The notes under the pieces are model-generated. The model ran no database searches. It was not told the origin of the DNA and saw only the letters and a program-made list of their open reading frames with translations. A stretch of 63,577 nucleotides of DNA from assembly GCA_003193925.1 (NCBI GenBank), contig PSPG01000009.1, positions 1 to 63,577 on the forward strand, given 5' to 3'. The position numbers and the translations under genes were made by a program. Below, piece after piece: positions 29,301-38,456 of this stretch (positions are counted from its first letter, which is position 1; each line of letters opens with the position of its first letter). The stretch comes from Candidatus Thalassarchaeum betae (lineage in GTDB: Archaea; Thermoplasmatota; Poseidoniia; Poseidoniales; Thalassarchaeaceae).

Positions 29301-30329
29301 GTAGGGATCATAATGCAGGTCGGTCACTGCTAGATCCCTGACTGCGATGAGGATGGTCGTCGAAAGCGAGCCGCCTGTGTTTTCAGCGGTGATCACGTGC
29401 TCCCTGAGCTGGTGCACCGAGGTCGGGGTGCCGCGGAGGGAGCCGTCCGCCTGATGCAGTTCGACGCCGTCGGGAAGCGTCGGTTCGACCGACCACTCGG
29501 TGACCTCGCCGCCCGAAGTGGCCGGGATGATCTGCACGACCTCGCCGATGGTCCAGTAGAACGGGTGGCCCTCGTAGGACAGGGCGGACGGCGCCTCGTG
29601 CAGGGTGATGATCCGGATCGATACCTCCGCAGAGCCGCCGGTGTTGGATGCCGTCACAGTGTGGTTGGAGTCGTCGAGGACGTCAGCATCACCGGAGATG
29701 GAACCGTCCCCGAGCAGGCTCAGCCCCTCGGGCAGTGGCGGGTCGGCGGACCAGGACTCGGCAGGGCCGCCCAGCACGAGGGGCGCGTTCATCGAGCAGG
29801 GGTTGCCCAAGGAGCAGTGCAGCACGTCGGCGATGTAGTGGATCGAGGTAGGTGCCGGGGCGACCACGGTGATGTCGAGCGTCGCGGAGGTAGAGCCCAT
29901 CGGATTGGCGCCGATGATGGTGTACCTCGTGTCCTGTGACTCTTCGGTGGCTGTGCCCGAGATGACTCCGGAGTCATCCAGCGAGAGGCCGTCTGGAAGA
30001 CGGGGATTTACCATCCAGTCGTGGGGGCCGTCACCTGTGAAGCTCGGTGTCAGAGCCTGCATCTCTATGCCGACTACGAGAAGAACGGAGTCCTCACCGT
30101 AGTCGAGGCCATCGGGACGATGCATCAGTCTGCACACGTCCCCGGTGAAGATCTGTTGAGCGGTGCAGTCATCCTCGGTGATGACGTGGACGTAGCAGTC
30201 AGGGTGCGATGGTTGCTCGACACAGTCAATCTCCTCGGGAGTCTGATTATCGGGTCCTAACAGCCCGAGGCAGCCCGAGCTCAGCATCAGCACCGAGAGC
30301 AGGAGGGCGGCGTTCCTCTTCGGCTGCAC
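26358..30329 (-). CDS. Lipoprotein M60-family metallopeptidase with about five putative-Ig repeats, a TCAF-like domain and a C-terminal Fn3-like domain
   Basis: LSSGC lipobox, W.V.P.LP.GL....G.I.G repeats, TGLYAAPGE, APWAE, WGMFHELGHN..TETGCN. GTG start at 30329. Confidence 0.88.
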   Translation of the reverse strand: MQPKRNAALLLSVLMLSSGCLGLLGPDNQTPEEIDCVEQPSHPDCYVHVITEDDCTAQQIFTGDVCRLMHRPDGLDYGEDSVLLVVGIEMQALTPSFTGDGPHDWMVNPRLPDGLSLDDSGVISGTATEESQDTRYTIIGANPMGSTSATLDITVVAPAPTSIHYIADVLHCSLGNPCSMNAPLVLGGPAESWSADPPLPEGLSLLGDGSISGDADVLDDSNHTVTASNTGGSAEVSIRIITLHEAPSALSYEGHPFYWTIGEVVQIIPATSGGEVTEWSVEPTLPDGVELHQADGSLRGTPTSVHQLREHVITAENTGGSLSTTILIAVRDLAVTDLHYDPYQFDLREGDDIGEISPTWEGGSPDYWEIDPTLPFGFSFNFSTGVISGSATYLQPWTYHRIWANNSGGTTSTLVQFRVTSLPPDAISWPGTEFAFKANESIIIPATNEGPDIETWEVDPPLPSGLTLLSNGTIEGTPDERADWTQYTIWANNTGGVAGLNLWIAVHDLTADQDDLRHGMGNTNWGGWPSPILPIGEWAFPVGFTQSGYGDTIPVISASHVGRGKMLGYGHESWVDGAGPKETAFSLQGVEWVCGENANVGLAYGAGYDDFEDELQGEGHTVHLSVTPDDLSGIDCLLDEFWNGHDDADNQNLVDFMLAGGGLIMGGHAWYWSYSNSDVSHNYPGNKIAKTTGLFVSDAWGSNNVDFRVVPHELTRPQAAIEAIRADRIDNQTLSVADAAIADATLSICTGVVALDFHGFWVPLREVVNATGWTVIQYGTLWQNVGHNLGEDPVADTILRVEASLTQNLPANELPAHPSHVEFPGEVPTNATRITRTFSIDGNQSGLPSNFGYSGARSHVRMTTGLYAAPGEVVTVTLPPGIVGSGTYVLVGAHSDSLWGKSQLHRHPQIARWWYVDSATMEVGNAFGGPIYLGIQAGSTLGDFDVTISNAVKAPRYIHGETDIFQWQQQFRHDPAPWAEIGSGQFILTVPSHEIRDLDNPQDLMDWWDQALAMEHEIYGYTPWPRVERAVFDAQISAGWMHSGYPFMAHDLSVAGVVNVSYMSENGDWGMFHELGHNHQWMPSTLPGTTETGCNFASVYLMEQLVNPPNLRPANPQRAYFEDGSNISNWSTWVALDTFLIVKEEWGWGPITEALTVYYTLPSAEVPRGDVEEFNAWVMHLSNATGYNLAPYHAAWGFPLTQATYDALDHLPVWVDDPLRGDFFVYDAILRNLTSTNVTSSAAQIVWDVYDNGTNTSLMVYYGQTDMGNNSQLWPYSISVGTPEVGPGSANITFTGDGTHYVRIMASNEEVEVWFGPIAVDPS

Positions 30330-30394
30330 GAGGACTGTCGGGGGCCCGTCGATGAATAAGTGTGCGGAAGTCGTGCTCCCAAGGGGGAGCACGC

Positions 30395-31675
30395 TCACGC
30401 GAGGCCCGGATAGGCCGGTCCTGTCTCGAAGCAATACTGCACAGTATGGAACTCGGCCTTGAAGCCGGCGACGTCTCCTCGGATGGCTGCCGGGTCCTCT
30501 CCGGTGATCAGAGCCCTCGCGAAGAAGCGGGCCACGTCCTGCATCTCGTCGGTTCCCATACCGACTCGAGTGAGCTCGGGCACGCCCAGTCTGAGGCCGC
30601 TCGGCGACATCGCCTTGGTGTCCCCGGGAAGCATGTTCATGTTGGTGATGATACCAGCCTCCTCGAGCAGGGCGGCGGCGTCCCTCCCTGCCCCTGAGTC
30701 GCTCTCTCCATGGCGAGTCAGTACCTGGTGACTGGCAGTGTAGTCGCGCTCCTCAGCGAGTACGTCGAAGCCCTCGGCGGCAAGAGCGGTTCCCAGCGCC
30801 TTGGCGTTTGCCACGATGTCGCGGGCATAGTCGGTGCCGAACTCCTCGAACTCCGCCAGAGCGACCGCCTTACCGGCCACGTGGTGCAGGTGGTAGGAAG
30901 AGCAGACTCCGGGAAAGATCGCGCTGTTCAGGCGACGCTGGAACTTGGCATCGTCAGAGTCCGAGAGGAGGAAGCCTCCCTGAGGCCCGGGGAAGGTCTT
31001 GTGGCTGCTCCCGGTCATCACGTCGGCGCCCTCGCGGAGAGGGTCCTGAAACTGGTTACCGGCAATCAGCCCGAGGACGTGCGCGGCGTCGTACATCACC
31101 TTCGCGCCGACCTCGTGGGCGGCGGCGGCGAGCTCCTCGAGAGGAGTTGGGAACAAGAAGACCGACTGGCCGAACAGGGCGATGTTTGGCTCGGTCTCAC
31201 GAATCAGCTCGGCGGCAGCGTCGATGTCGGGCTCCATGCGGCTCTCTACCCAAGGATAGGTCACGAGGCTCAGGCCCCTCAGTCCGACGGCTCCCATGCG
31301 CGCGTGCGAGATGTGACCGCCGTCGGCCGTCGAGACCGCGGTGATGGTGTCCCCGGGCTTTGCCAGAGCCTTCAGACCGGCCATGTTCGACACCGTGCCC
31401 GAGGTCGACTGGATGTTGGCGAAACTGCAGCCGAAGACGCGCTGGGCGGAGGCAATGCCGATCTCCTCGATGGTGTCGAAGTCGTCGCAACCCTGGTAGT
31501 ACCTCCTGCCCGGGAGGCCCTCGGCGTAACGGCCATGCAGATCAGAGTCACAGGCCTTGCGGACCAGGGGGCTGAGGATGTTCTCGCTAGCGATCATAGG
31601 CAGGCTGTCGCGGTAGTGGCGGCCCGAGTCCTCGACAGCCTCCAATATCCTCGAGGCTTCAGCGCGAGCGCCCAT
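30395..31675 (-). CDS. glyA: Serine hydroxymethyltransferase
   Basis: MIASEN, YAEGLPG.RYYQG, GGHISH, YDAAH, SSHKTFPGPQGG, SGLRLG. Confidence 0.96.
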   Translation of the reverse strand: MGARAEASRILEAVEDSGRHYRDSLPMIASENILSPLVRKACDSDLHGRYAEGLPGRRYYQGCDDFDTIEEIGIASAQRVFGCSFANIQSTSGTVSNMAGLKALAKPGDTITAVSTADGGHISHARMGAVGLRGLSLVTYPWVESRMEPDIDAAAELIRETEPNIALFGQSVFLFPTPLEELAAAAHEVGAKVMYDAAHVLGLIAGNQFQDPLREGADVMTGSSHKTFPGPQGGFLLSDSDDAKFQRRLNSAIFPGVCSSYHLHHVAGKAVALAEFEEFGTDYARDIVANAKALGTALAAEGFDVLAEERDYTASHQVLTRHGESDSGAGRDAAALLEEAGIITNMNMLPGDTKAMSPSGLRLGVPELTRVGMGTDEMQDVARFFARALITGEDPAAIRGDVAGFKAEFHTVQYCFETGPAYPGLA

Positions 31676-31783
31676 GCACCTGCATCGACAACAGGTCAAA
31701 GAGGTTAGCGGATGGGGTGTCTACGGGGACGATTCTGACTTTTCAGGGAAGAGTATTTTGAATCAGGGGGGACATGGCACCCC

Positions 31784-34120
31784 ATGAGCCGACGCGCTAC
31801 GCTCACAACGATGATGATTGCACTGCTGCTCGTAGCAGTACCCTACACCACCCTGGCAACCGATTCCGATGGTGACGGGACCGATGATGCCGATGACGAC
31901 TTCCCGTACAACCCGTGTGCGGACACGGACACCGACGGGGATGGAATGCCGGACACCGTAATCAGCGGATGCTCGTCACAGTCGGTGGACGGCTACACCT
32001 CCTTCGAGGACCCTTTCACCATCGCGAGCGTGAAGTACACCGATACCGGGAACGAGTCGGTCAGCAGGTACCTGTGGAACAACGCCAACGAGCCTCACAT
32101 CGCGCATAACCAGACCAACGGCACTGAGATGGGCTTCACCCTGTACTACACCTCGACCGGCGGCGTCGGCCTGACCGATGGCGACTACTTCGGCACGATC
32201 AACTACACCGGGACTGTCGGCAACTTCACCGACGGGAACAACGGCTACCAGATGTCGGACGTCGATGGCATCGCCACCCTGGCTCTCGATGATATCACCG
32301 CGGAGACGATGACATTCGACTTCTTCCTGCAGGACACCGGATACGAGACCTCAAACCCGGTGGACTACCTCGTCATCAGGTTCGTGGGCGCGAACAGCGA
32401 TATCGAGATCGTCAACACCACAGGCTACGACATCGACACCGACAACTCGTCATGGCTCGACACGTGGACGACGATGACGGTGATGATAGCAGCTGCCGGG
32501 CACGGTCATCTCGAAGTCGAATTCGCCTCGAACTCTGCTCTTGAGGCCCTGTATCTCGACAACATCCAGTTCACCTCGACGGTGGTGCTCACGGCTGACT
32601 TGGATGACGACGGCGACGGCTGGCTAGACAGCGAGGAGGTCGACTGCGGGACAGACCCCCTAGACGGCAACGATGTCCCTGCTGACGCTGATTCCAACGG
32701 CATCTGCGACGCCCTCGAGGGCGATGACTTCGACGGTGACGGGATTCCTAACGACCAGGACCCCGACGACGACAACGACGGGGTCGACGACGTCGATGAC
32801 GACTTCCCATTGAATCCCAACGAAACCACAGACACCGACGGCGACGGCGTGGGGGACAACGCTGACGAGGACGACGACAACGACGGCTGGACAGACGAGA
32901 ATGAAGTCGGCTGCGGCACCGACCCGCTGGACAACTCATCGGTCCCCGCTGACTACGACAGCGACACCATCTGCGACTCACTCGATCCCGACGACGACAA
33001 CGATGGGGTGGATGACGCGGATGATGCGTTTCCATACGATGGAACTGAGTGGGACGACACGGACGGCGACGGTAAGGGCGACAACGCGGACGATGATGAC
33101 GATAACGACGGATGGAGCGATGCGGGTGAGTCAGCCTGCGGCACCGACTCGAAAGATTCGGGGTCCGTTCCGGCGGATCTCGACGGCGATGGAACATGCG
33201 ACTCACTGGATGAGGACGATGACGGTGACGGCTGGAGCGATGCCGATGAGTCGGATTGCGGCACGGACTCGAACGATGGCAATTCAATGCCGTCGGACTC
33301 GGATTCAGATGGAGTGTGTGACATCATGGACGACGACACCGACAACGACGGCTGGAGCGATGCTGTCGAGTCGGACTGTGGTAGTGACCAGATGGACCCC
33401 GATTCGGTGCCTGCTGATTTAGACGGAGATTTGCAGTGCGACGCAGCGGATGAGGACATAGACGGTGACGGTTACGACAACGCTGATGACGAGTTCCCCC
33501 GCGACGCAACTGAGTGGATCGACAGCGACGGGGACGGAACCGGGGACAACGCGGATACCGATGACGACGGGGATGGTTGGGAAGATTCGGACGATGAGTT
33601 CCCCAGTGACTCCTCTGAATGGGTAGATAGTGACGGCGACGGAATCGGGGACAACGCGGATTCAGATGATGATGATGACGGGTGGTCCGACGCATCTGAA
33701 TCTGACTGCGGCAGTAACGGCAAGGACGAGGACTCGGTGCCTGCCGACTTCGACGGCGATGGCCAGTGCGACGACCTCGACCCGGACGACGACGGTGACG
33801 GCGTCGCAGACGGAGATGATGCGAGCCCGAATGACCCGAGCGAATGGGACGACACCGACGGCGACGGGATCGGCGACAACGCCGACCTGGACGACGACGA
33901 CGACGGCTGGTCGGACACCGAGGAGGGCGAATGCGGCACCGACCAGTACGACAGCGACAGCACGCCCGTGGATTATGACAGCAACGGGGTGTGTGATGCC
34001 AACGACCCAATCGTAGAGTCGGAACCAGAGGGAGGCGGTGGAGTCCCCGGATTCACCGGGATAGTGGGCGTGCTGGCGCTCCTGGGGGCGGCCCTCGGAG
34101 CAAGGAGCAGGAGACAGTAG
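31784..34120 (+). CDS. Thrombospondin type-3-like Ca-binding repeat surface protein with PGF-type anchor
   Basis: Many D.DGDG.GDNAD.DDD.DG and E..CG(T/S)D..D..S.P.D.D.DG.CD repeats. C-terminus VPGF + TM + RSRR. Confidence 0.9.
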   Translation: MSRRATLTTMMIALLLVAVPYTTLATDSDGDGTDDADDDFPYNPCADTDTDGDGMPDTVISGCSSQSVDGYTSFEDPFTIASVKYTDTGNESVSRYLWNNANEPHIAHNQTNGTEMGFTLYYTSTGGVGLTDGDYFGTINYTGTVGNFTDGNNGYQMSDVDGIATLALDDITAETMTFDFFLQDTGYETSNPVDYLVIRFVGANSDIEIVNTTGYDIDTDNSSWLDTWTTMTVMIAAAGHGHLEVEFASNSALEALYLDNIQFTSTVVLTADLDDDGDGWLDSEEVDCGTDPLDGNDVPADADSNGICDALEGDDFDGDGIPNDQDPDDDNDGVDDVDDDFPLNPNETTDTDGDGVGDNADEDDDNDGWTDENEVGCGTDPLDNSSVPADYDSDTICDSLDPDDDNDGVDDADDAFPYDGTEWDDTDGDGKGDNADDDDDNDGWSDAGESACGTDSKDSGSVPADLDGDGTCDSLDEDDDGDGWSDADESDCGTDSNDGNSMPSDSDSDGVCDIMDDDTDNDGWSDAVESDCGSDQMDPDSVPADLDGDLQCDAADEDIDGDGYDNADDEFPRDATEWIDSDGDGTGDNADTDDDGDGWEDSDDEFPSDSSEWVDSDGDGIGDNADSDDDDDGWSDASESDCGSNGKDEDSVPADFDGDGQCDDLDPDDDGDGVADGDDASPNDPSEWDDTDGDGIGDNADLDDDDDGWSDTEEGECGTDQYDSDSTPVDYDSNGVCDANDPIVESEPEGGGGVPGFTGIVGVLALLGAALGARSRRQ

Positions 34121-34151
34121 GAATCAAAGGCGCGTCTGTTGGCCTCGGCCC

Positions 34152-36857
34152 ATGCCACCGGGCAGAGGCTCACGCGTGGCGCTCCTCGTAGTGCTGATTC
34201 TGCTGATAGCGATTCCCGTCGACAGCTTCGCCAACAGCAGCGGGAGGACCGGAGCATCGAGCACTGGGTGCACCTGCCACTACAACACCGTCTCGGTCAG
34301 CCCGACACTCTCGGGTCTGCCCAGCGTCGGCTACATCGGCAACACCACCTACAACCTCTCCATAGGTGGCAGCGGAGGGCCCAGCGGGACCGAGGGCGGG
34401 TTCAACCTCGCTGCGACTCAGGGCTCGTTCTCCGAGCCTGGGAGCAACGTGCAACTCTCATCGGGCGAGGTGACGCACTCGAACTCCAACTCGAGGTCGT
34501 GGACGGTCAACTGGACCTCTCCGGCTAACGGCTCGGGCGATGTGACGTTCAACCTGGCAGTCAACTTCGTCAACGGGAACGGGCTCAATACGGGCGACGG
34601 CTGGGGCACTGCTGCTTGGACGATCTCCGAGGCTGACTCGGACAGCGATGGCTGGACGGACGCCGAGGAGGTGGCGTGCGGCACCAACCCGAACGACTCG
34701 GGTGACGTGCCGAGCGACACCGATGGCGACGGTACCTGCAACGGCGTCGACACCGACGACGACGGAGACGGCTGGTCCGACTCGGACGAGGCGGACTGCG
34801 CCACCGACTCGAACAACTCCACATCCACACCCGTCGACACGGACAACGACGGAATCTGCAACTACCTCGACGATGACGATGACGGAGACGGCACGCCCGA
34901 CGACGAGGACGACTTCCCCCTCGACGCGGGAGAGGACACCGACACGGACAATGATGGGGTCGGCGACAATGCTGACACCGACGACGACAACGACGGCTGG
35001 AACGACACCGCCGAGGCCGACTGCGGCACCAACTCGACCGATCCAAACTCGGTCCCACTGGACACCGACGGGGATGGACTCTGCGACATCGTGGATGAGG
35101 ACGACGACGACGACGGCACGCCCGACGACCAGGACGACTTCCCCCTGGACCCCGAAGAGGACACGGACACGGACGGGGACGGCATCGGGAACAACGCGGA
35201 CACGGATGACGACGGCGACGGCTGGGACGATGCCACCGAGGCTGCCTGCGGCACCAATTCGACCGACTCTGACTCCGTTCCGACAGACACCGATGGCGAT
35301 GGCACCTGCGACACCCTTGACACCGACGATGACGACGACGGCTGGAACGACACCGCCGAGGTCGACTGCGGCACAGAGCCCCTCAATGGCACCTCTACGC
35401 CAATCGACACCGACGGCGACGGAATATGCAATTGGCTCGACGACGACGACGACGGAGACGGCACGCCGGATGCGAGCGACGCCTTCCCGCTCGACCCGAG
35501 CGAGGACACCGACACCGACATGGACGGAATCGGGAACAATGCCGACCTGGATGACGACGGCGACGGCACCAACGACACTGCCGACGCCTTCCCGCTCGAC
35601 CCGAGCGAGGACACCGACACCGACATGGACGGAATCGGGAACAATGCCGACCTGGATGACGATGGGGACTCCTGGAACGATGTCAACGAGACTGCCTGCG
35701 GCACCGACCCGTTGGACGCGCTGTCAGTTCCCGGTGACTTGGACAACGACACCTGGTGCGACTCCCTCGACCCCGATGACGATGGGGATGGAGTAGACGA
35801 CGTTGCCGACGCATACCCCGCAGATCCGACGGAGTGGAGAGATACCGACGGCGACGGCACCGGTGACAACGCCGACCTCGACGACGACGGCGACGGCTGG
35901 AGCGACGATGACGAGGGTCTCTGCGGCACGGAGCCCCTCGATGCCGCGTCAGCCCCCGTGGACACCGACAGCGACAGCTTGTGCGACTCCATCGATGATG
36001 ATGATGATGATGACGGCACACCCGACGCGAGCGACGCCTTCCCGCTCGACCGATGGGAGGACTCTGACTTCGACGGTGACGGGGTTGGCGACAACGCCGA
36101 CCCAGACGACGATGACGACGGCTGGTCGGACGCGGACGAGTTCGCCTGCGGGACCATCAGCATGAACCCGTCCGCATTCCCGAGCGACACTGACGGGGAC
36201 GGCCTGTGCGATGCGCTAGACGAGGACGACGACGGAGACGGATTCGCTGACTCTGACGATGTGTTCCCGCTCGACGCGGCCGAGCATGCCGATTTCGACG
36301 GCGACGGAGTGGGTGACAACGCCGACCCAGACGACGATGATGACGGCGTCGATGACGCAGACGATGCCTTCCCGTTCGACGACTCCGAGTGGGATGACAC
36401 AGACAACGATGGTACAGGGGACAACGGCGATACGGACGACGACGGAGACGGCGTAGACGATTGGGCAGACGCCTTCCCGAAGGACGCCTCGGAGCAATCG
36501 GACTACGACGGCGATGGCATCGGTGACAACTCGGACGATGATGATGACGGCGACGGCGTGGTCGACAGCGCCGATGCATATCCCTTCGATGGCTCGGAGA
36601 GCTCAGACGCAGACGGCGACGGGATCGGCGACAACGCGGACCTCGACGATGACGGCGACGGCTGGTCAGACCACGACGAGAGCCAGTGCGGAACGGGCTC
36701 GAAGGACCCCTCGGACGTGCCTCAAGACAGCGATGGCGACGGCATCTGCGACTCGCTGGACGTGGTCGTAGACCCAGCTGAAGGCGGGCTTCCCGGATTC
36801 GGGCTGATTTCGGCTCTGGCCGCGCTCGCTCTCGCTGCTCTCGCTCGCAGGGATTGA
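34152..36857 (+). CDS. Reeler-like (choice-of-anchor V-like) N-terminal domain plus TSP3-like repeats with PGF-type anchor
   Basis: SSG.TG...GCTCH, GGFNL, THS, W.VNWTSP..GSG.V.F, then long Asp-rich repeats. C-terminus LPGF + TM + RR. Confidence 0.88.
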   Translation: MPPGRGSRVALLVVLILLIAIPVDSFANSSGRTGASSTGCTCHYNTVSVSPTLSGLPSVGYIGNTTYNLSIGGSGGPSGTEGGFNLAATQGSFSEPGSNVQLSSGEVTHSNSNSRSWTVNWTSPANGSGDVTFNLAVNFVNGNGLNTGDGWGTAAWTISEADSDSDGWTDAEEVACGTNPNDSGDVPSDTDGDGTCNGVDTDDDGDGWSDSDEADCATDSNNSTSTPVDTDNDGICNYLDDDDDGDGTPDDEDDFPLDAGEDTDTDNDGVGDNADTDDDNDGWNDTAEADCGTNSTDPNSVPLDTDGDGLCDIVDEDDDDDGTPDDQDDFPLDPEEDTDTDGDGIGNNADTDDDGDGWDDATEAACGTNSTDSDSVPTDTDGDGTCDTLDTDDDDDGWNDTAEVDCGTEPLNGTSTPIDTDGDGICNWLDDDDDGDGTPDASDAFPLDPSEDTDTDMDGIGNNADLDDDGDGTNDTADAFPLDPSEDTDTDMDGIGNNADLDDDGDSWNDVNETACGTDPLDALSVPGDLDNDTWCDSLDPDDDGDGVDDVADAYPADPTEWRDTDGDGTGDNADLDDDGDGWSDDDEGLCGTEPLDAASAPVDTDSDSLCDSIDDDDDDDGTPDASDAFPLDRWEDSDFDGDGVGDNADPDDDDDGWSDADEFACGTISMNPSAFPSDTDGDGLCDALDEDDDGDGFADSDDVFPLDAAEHADFDGDGVGDNADPDDDDDGVDDADDAFPFDDSEWDDTDNDGTGDNGDTDDDGDGVDDWADAFPKDASEQSDYDGDGIGDNSDDDDDGDGVVDSADAYPFDGSESSDADGDGIGDNADLDDDGDGWSDHDESQCGTGSKDPSDVPQDSDGDGICDSLDVVVDPAEGGLPGFGLISALAALALAALARRD
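35477..35662 (+). repeat. Exact 81-nt direct repeat with 105-nt period inside the TSP3 gene
   Basis: 35477-35557 is identical to 35582-35662. Confidence 0.9.
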
Positions 36858-36933
36858 TGGCGCCGACAGCAGGACTCGAACCTGCGACCTGTGGATTAAC
36901 AGTCCACCGCTCCACCAACTAAGCTATGTCGGC
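36858..36933 (-). tRNA. tRNA-Asn(GTT), CCA encoded
   Basis: GCCGACA/TGTCGGC acceptor stem, GTGGA-CTGTTAA-TCCAC anticodon arm, GGTTCGAGTCC. Confidence 0.97.
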
Positions 36934-36974
36934 CCAGTCTGCGGCCTGCTCCCCCATTCATCAATGAATCGGAC

Positions 36975-37931
36975 TTATTCCCACTCGATTGTGCCGGGGG
37001 GCTTGTGTGTGATGTCATACACGACACGGTTGACTTGCCCCTTCAGGGAGTTTGTGATCTCGGTGCTGATTGCAGCTAGGATATCGTGGGGGATCGGTGA
37101 GTAGCTCGCGCTCATCCCATCGAGGCTTGTCACCGCACGGACCACCACTGTCTCGCCGTGCACACGGGCGTCCCCGTGGACGCCCACGCTCTTGACCGGG
37201 AGCAATGCTGCGAAGTACTGCCAGGGGAGTTCGCACTTGCCTTCGGCTGCCGCGGCCTGCAGCTGGGTCTCGACGATGTGACAGGCCTCGCGGCAGGCCG
37301 TGACCCTGTCCGGGGTGATTTCACCGAGAATCCGGACGGCGAGGCCGGGGCCGGGGAACGGCTGACGCTCGCTGGAGGCTATCCCGAGTTCGCGCGCGAT
37401 CGCGCGGACCTCATCCTTGTAGAACTCGCGCAGCGGCTCGACTATGACCAGATTGACGTCATCGGGCAGGCCGCCGACGTTGTGGTGCGACTTGATGACG
37501 TCACGCTCGCCGCCGCCGGACTCTATCCAATCTGGTGCGATAGTGCCCTGAATCAGGAACTTCGCGCCACACTGTGCCTGCTCGGCCTCGAAGACTCGGA
37601 TGAACTGCTCACCGATGACCATACGCTTGGCCTCGGGTTCGGTGATGCCTGCGAGGTTGCTGAGGAAGCGCTCTGAGGCGTCGACCACCTCGAGCTCGAT
37701 GCCTAGGTCGGCGAAAATGCCGGCGACCTCCCCAGATTCGTGCTTGCGCATCAGGCCGGTGTCGACGTAGACGCAGTGAAGCAGGCTGCCGACCGCACGG
37801 TGGGCGAGGACTGCGGCAACCGTGCTGTCGACGCCGCCCGAGCAGGCGATGATAGCGGTGTCGTCGATCTGTGACTGGAGAGCCTCCACCGCCTCGTCGA
37901 CCAGCATCTGTGTCTGCATCAAGCGGCTCAC
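36975..37931 (-). CDS. guaAB: GMP synthase subunit B (ATPPase)
   Basis: SGGVDS, VDTGLMRK, PEAKR..IG, QGTIAPDWIES, IKSHHNVGGLP, RQPFPGPGLAVR, KPPGTIEWE. No glutaminase domain. Confidence 0.96.
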   Translation of the reverse strand: MSRLMQTQMLVDEAVEALQSQIDDTAIIACSGGVDSTVAAVLAHRAVGSLLHCVYVDTGLMRKHESGEVAGIFADLGIELEVVDASERFLSNLAGITEPEAKRMVIGEQFIRVFEAEQAQCGAKFLIQGTIAPDWIESGGGERDVIKSHHNVGGLPDDVNLVIVEPLREFYKDEVRAIARELGIASSERQPFPGPGLAVRILGEITPDRVTACREACHIVETQLQAAAAEGKCELPWQYFAALLPVKSVGVHGDARVHGETVVVRAVTSLDGMSASYSPIPHDILAAISTEITNSLKGQVNRVVYDITHKPPGTIEWE

Positions 37932-38401
37932 TCCCTCAGCGACTCATCATCGGCGATGACCCTCTCGGTGCGCGACCTACGCCACTCGGTGAAGTTGGCG
38001 GCGAGGTCGGCATCGTTCATCGCCAGCATCTGAATCGCTAGCACTGCGGCGTTGTCGCCGCGGTCGACACCGACGGTGGCCACGGGCATGCCGGGAGGCA
38101 TCTGGACTATCGACAGGAGGCTGTCAAGGGGGACCTTGCCGCCTACTGGGACGCCAATCACAGGCAAGGTGGTCATCGCAGCGACCACCCCTGGCAGGGC
38201 GGCTGCCATACCGGCCATGCCGATGAAAATCTTGCATCCGTCGTCGATGGCGGAACTGACGATGCCCTCGAGGTACTTGGGCGCGCGGTGGGCCGATGCG
38301 ACCCTGACTTCGTGGGAGATACCGAATTCCGAGAGCACTGCGGTGCACTTGTCCGAAATGGGGAGGTCAGACTTCGATCCAAGTAGGATGCAGACGTCCA
38401 T
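37928..38401 (-). CDS. purE: N5-CAIR mutase / AIR carboxylase
   Basis: LGSKSD, ASAHRAP, AGMAAALPG, PVIGVP, SIVQMPPGMPVATV. Start moved to ATG 38401. Confidence 0.95.
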   Translation of the reverse strand: MDVCILLGSKSDLPISDKCTAVLSEFGISHEVRVASAHRAPKYLEGIVSSAIDDGCKIFIGMAGMAAALPGVVAAMTTLPVIGVPVGGKVPLDSLLSIVQMPPGMPVATVGVDRGDNAAVLAIQMLAMNDADLAANFTEWRRSRTERVIADDESLRE

Positions 38402-38456
38402 GCACTGTCGGGTCGTGGCCGGTTCAAATGCCTGCCGTCGCAAGGCTGGAGGAGCA

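Noticed and set aside
32506-36424. Long Ser/Pro-rich minus ORFs and Thr-rich alternate-frame ORFs
   Set aside because: Off-frame or antisense readings of the Asp-rich GAC repeats.
31784-36857. Periodic repeats as a possible CRISPR array
   Set aside because: The repeats are in-frame, degenerate at third codon positions, have no unique spacers, and no cas genes are present.
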